Shown: positions 59,206 to 64,000 of the stretch, in pieces
Layout of the letters: every line of letters starts with the position of its first letter
How positions within the stretch are numbered: the first letter of the stretch is position 1
DNA from: Bacilli bacterium
GTDB lineage: Bacteria; Bacillota_I; Bacilli_A; RFN20; CAG-826
Assembly (NCBI GenBank): GCA_024408505.1
Contig: JAKSUZ010000002.1
Span: 1,337 to 65,336, forward strand
Direction of reading: 5' to 3'
DNA: 64,000 nt
The notes under the pieces: model-generated
Told to the model about the DNA's origin: nothing
Databases searched by the model: none
The model's input: the letters and a program-made list of their open reading frames with translations, nothing else
Position numbers and translations under genes: made by a program

Positions 59206-60530
59206 AATTGTTCACCTTTATTATACTTCTTAATTAACTCTTCCATTTCAGTCTGATTTAATTTAACTTTTGACTTTAATTCTTTGAAAATATATTCCGC
59301 TAATTTTTTATTTTTTAGTAATATTTTTTTGTCTTCTTCGTATAAAGTTTGTAACTTATCAGCCATAAACTTTTCGATTTTAGCTGATTTAATTTCTGAA
59401 TCAGCATTGTTTCTTGAGGAGTTCATCATAAATTCGATTGAATTTATTTTTTCGCTTATAAGATCAAATCCAAACGCACCTATATTCATAACGCTAATAA
59501 TTAAGGCCTTGGCGTTACTCAAATCAGTCATACCGCCTAAACCAAGATCTTTAATATAAGTTTCTTCGGCTGCCATACCAGCAAGTTCTATCATAACTTT
59601 ATGATCCAATGTATTCTTAGTAACCTCAACACGTCTAGTTGGAAAATCATCAGTTCGCATAAATCCCTTGACATTTCCATATCTTTCAACTGATAATGCG
59701 CCAATTGTTTTGTTAAGAACATAGTTTAGAATGAAATGGCCTATTTCGTGATAGCAAGTTATGTCTTCTGGGCCATTCAAATCTACCTTACGAATTTCTT
59801 GAAAGAACACCACTGGAATAATTCTTTCAAAATCAGCGAGCGTAATTTTTGTTTTCTTTTTTGAAGCACAATCAATAATAGTTTCGTTAACTAGTGTTTT
59901 AATATCGGCGCCAGAGAAACCAGATGATTTATTAGCTAACACTTTTGGATCTATTGATTTAGTAATATCATTTTTAACCAAATATAGTTTGAAAATTGCT
60001 TCGCGAGATTTCAAATCGGGCATTGGCATTGTAATTCTTTTATCCATTCTTCCGCTTCTAATTAACGCAGGCGGTAATTTACCACGAGCGTTTGTGGTAG
60101 CGATGACCATAATCCCACTAGTTGAGGAAATACCATCAATTTCCGTTAAAAGAATTTTTAATGTCTTTCTTGAATAGTCAGAATAGAATTCTTCTGTCAT
60201 TACTAATTCATCAAGTTCATCAATAAAAATAATCGATGGTGCGTTTTCACGGGCTTTTTTAAATACATCTTTTATTGATTTAATAGTAGCAGTTTCAGTT
60301 TCACACTCATTACTTTCAAATTCATAAAACGGAACATTTGATTCATTGGCAATTGCTTTAGCAAGCATTGTTTTGCCAACGCCTGGTCTTCCAGAGAGAA
60401 TTAGTCCTTTCGGAATATAGGCACCAATTTTTTCATATTTTTTATGATTTTTGAGTACTTCAATAATTTTTTCGGCTTCTTGTTTCTCTTCATCGTAGCC
60501 AGCGATGTCTTTTAAATAAATTTTTTCCAT
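59202..60530 (-). CDS. Soluble FtsH-like AAA+ ATPase fused to an M41-type metalloprotease domain, with no TM anchor
   Basis: Walker A GRPGVGKT, Walker B IIFIDELD, second region of homology ATTNARGKLPPALIRSGRMD, then the zinc motif HEIGH. No hydrophobic N-terminal segments. Confidence 0.75.
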   Translation of the reverse strand: MEKIYLKDIAGYDEEKQEAEKIIEVLKNHKKYEKIGAYIPKGLILSGRPGVGKTMLAKAIANESNVPFYEFESNECETETATIKSIKDVFKKARENAPSIIFIDELDELVMTEEFYSDYSRKTLKILLTEIDGISSTSGIMVIATTNARGKLPPALIRSGRMDKRITMPMPDLKSREAIFKLYLVKNDITKSIDPKVLANKSSGFSGADIKTLVNETIIDCASKKKTKITLADFERIIPVVFFQEIRKVDLNGPEDITCYHEIGHFILNYVLNKTIGALSVERYGNVKGFMRTDDFPTRRVEVTKNTLDHKVMIELAGMAAEETYIKDLGLGGMTDLSNAKALIISVMNIGAFGFDLISEKINSIEFMMNSSRNNADSEIKSAKIEKFMADKLQTLYEEDKKILLKNKKLAEYIFKELKSKVKLNQTEMEELIKKYNKGEQL

Positions 60531-60583
60531 AAGTTTTCACCTCTGAAAATAATATTATTTATAAATAAAGATTAATGTTGTTT

Positions 60584-60602
60584 TGTGATAAATGTCATCA
60601 CA
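60584..60602. promoter_or_regulatory. Operator site 3, TGTGA-N9-TCACA, upstream of the FtsH-like gene
   Basis: TGTGATAAATGTCATCACA. Read on the minus strand, the site and its 3' flank closely match the site at 62630 and its flank (TGTGATGACAT.T.TCACAAAACAACATT). Confidence 0.6.
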
Positions 60603-60605
60603 CGC

Positions 60606-62234
60606 CTAGTCAAATTGTGAGATTTTTTCGTTTTTAAGATTGACTACCATAGCATCCCACATCGCCTTTTTCTCGCTAACAAACATATCGTACATATGCA
60701 AAGCGTCATCTGGAAAATTTACTTGCCCGGGTTTGTTTTTAAAATATTCTTTGCCGCCGTGAAAATGTATTTGCAAAAATAGAAACATGTAGTAACCGAT
60801 TTCTTTTGGGGCGTTATCCCATACTCTAGTGCTAGCATTGAATGCATAGCCACTACTATGCCCAATGTCTAAACTAATTTGATAAAGATTGTATATGCTA
60901 ACGCCAAAAGCAGAATTGTTAAGAGCTACACTAATATAGTCCTTAACAACCTGGCGATAGTATCCGTGCATTTCTTCGCTAGGATAAATAAAATATAAAG
61001 AATCTTGTTTTACGCCTTTTATAAAATCTTCTAATTTAAGGTTTGGAAATTTTTCTTTATAGTATTCGTTATATAATTTGGATAAGGGTTCATCGACTTT
61101 TGAGAATAAGGATGAATTAGCGTGAGAATGCCGAGAATAGAAATCAAATAACTGATAAGTGGTTGAAAGACGATAAGCTCTTTTCATGAAAGCATATTCC
61201 TTTTGAGTTTGGACTCCTGATACTTTCATAAACACGCCTAAGTTTTCAATAAAAATTTTAAATTTAATTACTGCTTGCTCATGAAAGCCAAATCCTCTAC
61301 AAATTTCGATATCCCGAATTAAAGCGATTAACGAACCGATTTGGCGATAATAAAAATAATCTACCGAATTATCCAAATAATGAGTTGTAGCATAATTCAA
61401 TCGCCCTAACACTTTTGCTTCCATTAACGCTCCACGAACATTTTGGTCAATTAATTTATTTTGTTGATTTTCATCAAACGAATTCATCTCGTTATCTGCT
61501 AGATATCCTCTTTCGTTCAAATACTCTAAACCGTATAGATATATCATTGTTATAACATCATGTCTATGTTTGGATATAGGTTCCAATATGTTTTCTTCAA
61601 ACGCAGCAGGATGTAATAAAATACTCAGAAATTGATAACAATCACCAAACGACGAGCCTAAATAATGATTGATCATCTTTAACGGGGAGACTGAGTGGAA
61701 AGGATATTTTTCGCTATTTATGTCGTAATTATGTATTTCTTTTTGTAGGAAAAATAAAGAATCCCGAGAAGCTGATTTTAAAAATTTAGTCTTACAGCCA
61801 AAAAACTTAGACCATTTTTGATAAAAACCCTCTAAATCCTTTTGACGATTTACTAATATGTCATTCGGCGGAAAATTTTCCATCACCCATTTAAATACAA
61901 CCGATTCATTCGAATATTCAATAGGCAAATATAATTCACGATACAAATCATAATTATGCTTTTTTAAATCTCCACACTCATGACATTTTAGAATTGCTAT
62001 CGCTTCCAACACATTTCTGGCATTTAATTCAATTCCTGGTGAGCCTATGCCACATATATGATCATTTAAAAAGATTGCCATCATATTGGTAACTAAATCT
62101 AGTTTTATACCATATTGAAAATAATCCTCGTTTGAAACGCTTGTATCATTAAATCGACTACGACAATCCTTATCGAGTTTAGACAGCGATTTATAGATAA
62201 TGTTTTTATTTTTTAAAGCTTCCTGAACATTCAT
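60606..62234 (-). CDS. 542-aa cytoplasmic protein of unknown function
   Basis: Long uninterrupted ORF that looks largely helical, with no TM segment or motif I recognise. A TATAAT lies 8 nt before the ATG and there is no SD sequence, so the mRNA may be leaderless. Confidence 0.6.
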   Translation of the reverse strand: MNVQEALKNKNIIYKSLSKLDKDCRSRFNDTSVSNEDYFQYGIKLDLVTNMMAIFLNDHICGIGSPGIELNARNVLEAIAILKCHECGDLKKHNYDLYRELYLPIEYSNESVVFKWVMENFPPNDILVNRQKDLEGFYQKWSKFFGCKTKFLKSASRDSLFFLQKEIHNYDINSEKYPFHSVSPLKMINHYLGSSFGDCYQFLSILLHPAAFEENILEPISKHRHDVITMIYLYGLEYLNERGYLADNEMNSFDENQQNKLIDQNVRGALMEAKVLGRLNYATTHYLDNSVDYFYYRQIGSLIALIRDIEICRGFGFHEQAVIKFKIFIENLGVFMKVSGVQTQKEYAFMKRAYRLSTTYQLFDFYSRHSHANSSLFSKVDEPLSKLYNEYYKEKFPNLKLEDFIKGVKQDSLYFIYPSEEMHGYYRQVVKDYISVALNNSAFGVSIYNLYQISLDIGHSSGYAFNASTRVWDNAPKEIGYYMFLFLQIHFHGGKEYFKNKPGQVNFPDDALHMYDMFVSEKKAMWDAMVVNLKNEKISQFD

Positions 62235-62274
62235 ACATTTATATTATATATAATCAATTCAATTTTAGTGATTT

Positions 62275-62293
62275 TGTGATGCACTACATCACA
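62275..62293. promoter_or_regulatory. Operator site 1, TGTGA-N9-TCACA, in the divergent promoter region
   Basis: TGTGATGCACTACATCACA (7-bp arms TGTGATG/CATCACA), between the 542-aa gene and the HTH gene. Confidence 0.6.
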
Positions 62294-62397
62294 TTCAATG
62301 TTTTTAGTTGTGTTTTTCTTCTTAATTGATATAATGAGCATGAAACTAGGCAACCGATGCCTCTTGTAGAGCGATCTACGCGGAGGAGGTAATCGAT

Positions 62398-62613
62398 ATG
62401 AATAGTTTCTCTTCCTATGACGCGATGATTGCGTTGTATGAAAAAATTCGGGACCGGATCAAAGATCGGCCTGATGTTACACAAGCGCTTCTTGCAAAAG
62501 AAGTAGGTGTCACACGTGAACACCTTAATAGGATGCTTAGCAATAAATATCCTATGAAAGTGGAAACATTGATCCACCTTATGATCCTTCTCGATATGAA
62601 TCGCCTGCTCTAA
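62398..62613 (+). CDS. XRE-family helix-turn-helix transcriptional regulator
   Basis: GGAGGAGG RBS. TQALLAKEVGVTREHLNRMLSNK is a typical HTH_3 helix-turn-helix. 71 aa. The gene is visibly more G+C-rich than its flanks. Confidence 0.75.
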   Translation: MNSFSSYDAMIALYEKIRDRIKDRPDVTQALLAKEVGVTREHLNRMLSNKYPMKVETLIHLMILLDMNRLL

Positions 62614-62630
62614 GAGCAGGCTTTTCTTTT
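62603..62630 (+). terminator. Rho-independent terminator of the HTH gene
   Basis: GCCTGCTC-TAA-GAGCAGGC followed by TTTTCTTTT. The stop codon forms the loop. Confidence 0.8.
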
Positions 62631-62648
62631 GTGATGACATATGTCACA
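62630..62648. promoter_or_regulatory. Operator site 2, TGTGA-N9-TCACA, upstream of the 329-aa gene
   Basis: TGTGATGACATATGTCACA, containing the perfect 12-nt palindrome TGACATATGTCA. Confidence 0.6.
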
Positions 62649-62687
62649 AAACAACATTTAACATATAAAACCGATATTATAAAATTA

Positions 62688-62742
62688 GCTGTAACGTTCT
62701 TACAGCAAAATCCTCCATAAGGGCAAGGCACAGACCTTGCCC
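62688..62742 (+). promoter_or_regulatory. Structured G+C-rich 5' leader with two hairpins
   Basis: GCTGTAA-CGTTC-TTACAGC (62688-62706) and GGGCAAGG-CACAGA-CCTTGCCC (62721-62742) flank AATCCTCCAT, which is complementary to SD-type sequences. The element lies 40 nt before the AAAGGAG RBS of the 62785 gene. Confidence 0.45.
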
Positions 62743-62784
62743 CTAACCTATATATAGAGGTATAAATATACAAAGGAGAATATT

Positions 62785-63774
62785 ATGAACGAAAAAGAAA
62801 ATATGCAATTCAAAAAATTTGTTGAAGAATTGCACAAATTGGCCATTGCTAATAAAGACAAGGAAGTGCCAGACGTAGTAAGTAATAGAGATGCTCTCAT
62901 TGCCTATTACATCGTTTCACATATTGATATTATTGACGAAGGCGATGCTTTATTGTTTTTGATTGCCAACAACTTAATTAACACTTATATCAAGCAACCC
63001 GAGGCATTAACTTGCTTTAAATACGTATTTAAAAATTCATTATTTATCATTCTAAATAATTTAAAGAAGCGTGATTTTCCGAATATAAAAGTGAATTATA
63101 TTGCCAAAGAATTAAATAATAATAATTTAATCCTGTTTACTATCTATGATATGCAATTTTCCTATCACTCTATCCCAAAACGTATGGAGTGGTGCATTAC
63201 TGATAAATATAAGAGCGACACTGTCTTCGCAGGCGTAAGAAATAAAAACTGTATTAATGAGTTATTTGCTCGAGTTCTAAAAAATAAAATCAAATACAAC
63301 AACATTACTATTAGAAAAAAACCTTTATTAAAAAATGCCTATGATTTAGCGGATGATTATTTAAGTGGAAAGCTAAAGAACAAGGATATTAAATACATTT
63401 GTCGTCTTCCTGATTATTGCTACACAGAACATCAAGATCAACTGGGCATTAAGGTTAATCAAATTAATCAATCAAGCCGAAAAAGCGGAATCAGCTATAT
63501 CTTACAAAGTAAATGGGGTGAATTTTATCGATCTGCTTTGGACAAACTTGACTTAGAGGAATCGAAAGGTAAATTATGTACAATAAGCGCCACGCTAAAG
63601 CAAAACGAAGCGGATTTAAATGCGGCAATTGATATTATAAAAAAGAATAATTATGTTCCAGTCGATAAAATAACTCCGTCAAGTTTTATTATAGTTAAAG
63701 ATGAAGAAGATAAGGATCGATTAATATCAAAACTCAAACATCCATATAATGGTGAATTTATTAAGCTTAAATAA
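62785..63774 (+). CDS. 329-aa cytoplasmic protein of unknown function
   Basis: AAAGGAG RBS. Long ORF with no TM segment or motif I recognise. Confidence 0.6.
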   Translation: MNEKENMQFKKFVEELHKLAIANKDKEVPDVVSNRDALIAYYIVSHIDIIDEGDALLFLIANNLINTYIKQPEALTCFKYVFKNSLFIILNNLKKRDFPNIKVNYIAKELNNNNLILFTIYDMQFSYHSIPKRMEWCITDKYKSDTVFAGVRNKNCINELFARVLKNKIKYNNITIRKKPLLKNAYDLADDYLSGKLKNKDIKYICRLPDYCYTEHQDQLGIKVNQINQSSRKSGISYILQSKWGEFYRSALDKLDLEESKGKLCTISATLKQNEADLNAAIDIIKKNNYVPVDKITPSSFIIVKDEEDKDRLISKLKHPYNGEFIKLK

Positions 63775-63807
63775 AAGAAATAACAATTTCTATATATTTT
63801 CTATATA

Positions 63808-63981
63808 TTAGATTAATTCAAGAATTTCGTAGCAAGTAAAGCCAAACGCTGAACGAGCGAGTCTTTGATCTGCAACGCTTTCGGCATCGGCTTTTGATTT
63901 GCCTTCTAAGACTTCACGAAAACAGACCCTCTTGGATTTGAGGCATTCTTGGTCAAAGTAATATCTGATTTCGTACTGCAT
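63808..63981 (-). CDS. Possible 57-aa protein, convergent with the 329-aa gene
   Basis: ATG at 63981 to TAA at 63808. Translation is MQYEIRYYFDQECLKSKRVCFREVLEGKSKADAESVADQRLARSAFGFTCYEILELI. No clear RBS. Below the ORF-track cutoff. Confidence 0.3.
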   Translation of the reverse strand: MQYEIRYYFDQECLKSKRVCFREVLEGKSKADAESVADQRLARSAFGFTCYEILELI

Positions 63982-64000
63982 AGTGTATATATAATAAAGC

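Noticed and set aside
62284-62773. Two minus-strand ORFs (62284..62640 and 62579..62773)
   Set aside because: They lie antisense to the XRE HTH gene, which has a strong RBS, a terminator and a recognisable HTH. They also cross the hairpin-rich leader. Their products are Cys/Arg-rich and low in complexity, and they have no RBS.
1-64000. Genetic code 4 (UGA = Trp), as in many Mollicutes
   Set aside because: - Long uninterrupted ORFs are obtained with the standard code.
- TGA terminates real genes, for example at 25355 and 59202.
- An RF2 gene is present whose autoregulatory frameshift depends on UGA being a stop.

Overview
The window is a 64 kb chromosomal segment from a low-GC, Firmicute-derived and probably Mollicutes/Acholeplasma-like bacterium; this placement is inferred from composition, gene content and the many lipobox lipoproteins. 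It uses the standard code. UGA is a stop: RF2 (prfB) is present with its classical +1 frameshift site, and TGA terminates several ORFs. About 85% of genes lie on the minus strand, tightly packed, often with 4-20 nt overlaps.

Recognisable housekeeping genes: apt, yqeY-like, acpP, rnhB, rbgA, rplS, folD, secG, uvrB, prfB, secA, comFA/comFC, rpiB, tsaC, prmC, prfA, a HIT protein, yhaM and recX. There are also two heterodimeric ABC exporter pairs and five tRNAs (Leu-CAA, Arg-CCG, Leu-CAG, Glu-UUC, Asn-GUU). No rRNA, CRISPR array, transposase or integrase was seen.

Accessory or unusual content:
1. A tandemly duplicated three-gene lipoprotein cassette that includes miniature YD-repeat lipoproteins (1-7001).
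2. A six-gene, translationally coupled envelope operon of unknown function (16090-19567). Its upstream region shares a 91-nt element with the comFA-comFC promoter region.
3. A folD operon carrying a catalytically degenerate ThyX-like gene, two tandem M29 aminopeptidases and an FNT-like channel.
4. An orphan promoter-to-terminator unit encoding a candidate small RNA with two tandem pseudoknot-like 36-nt modules (29342-29492).
5. Three toxin-antitoxin-type loci, two of them lacking the expected toxin.
6. An XRE-regulator-centred island (about 59.2-63.8 kb). The same TGTGA-N9-TCACA operator/promoter module precedes three uncharacterised units: a soluble FtsH-like AAA+/M41 protease coupled to a MATE-type membrane protein, a 542-aa protein and a 329-aa protein. 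This is my best candidate for an undescribed system.

All functional calls come from motif recognition by eye; no database search was possible.
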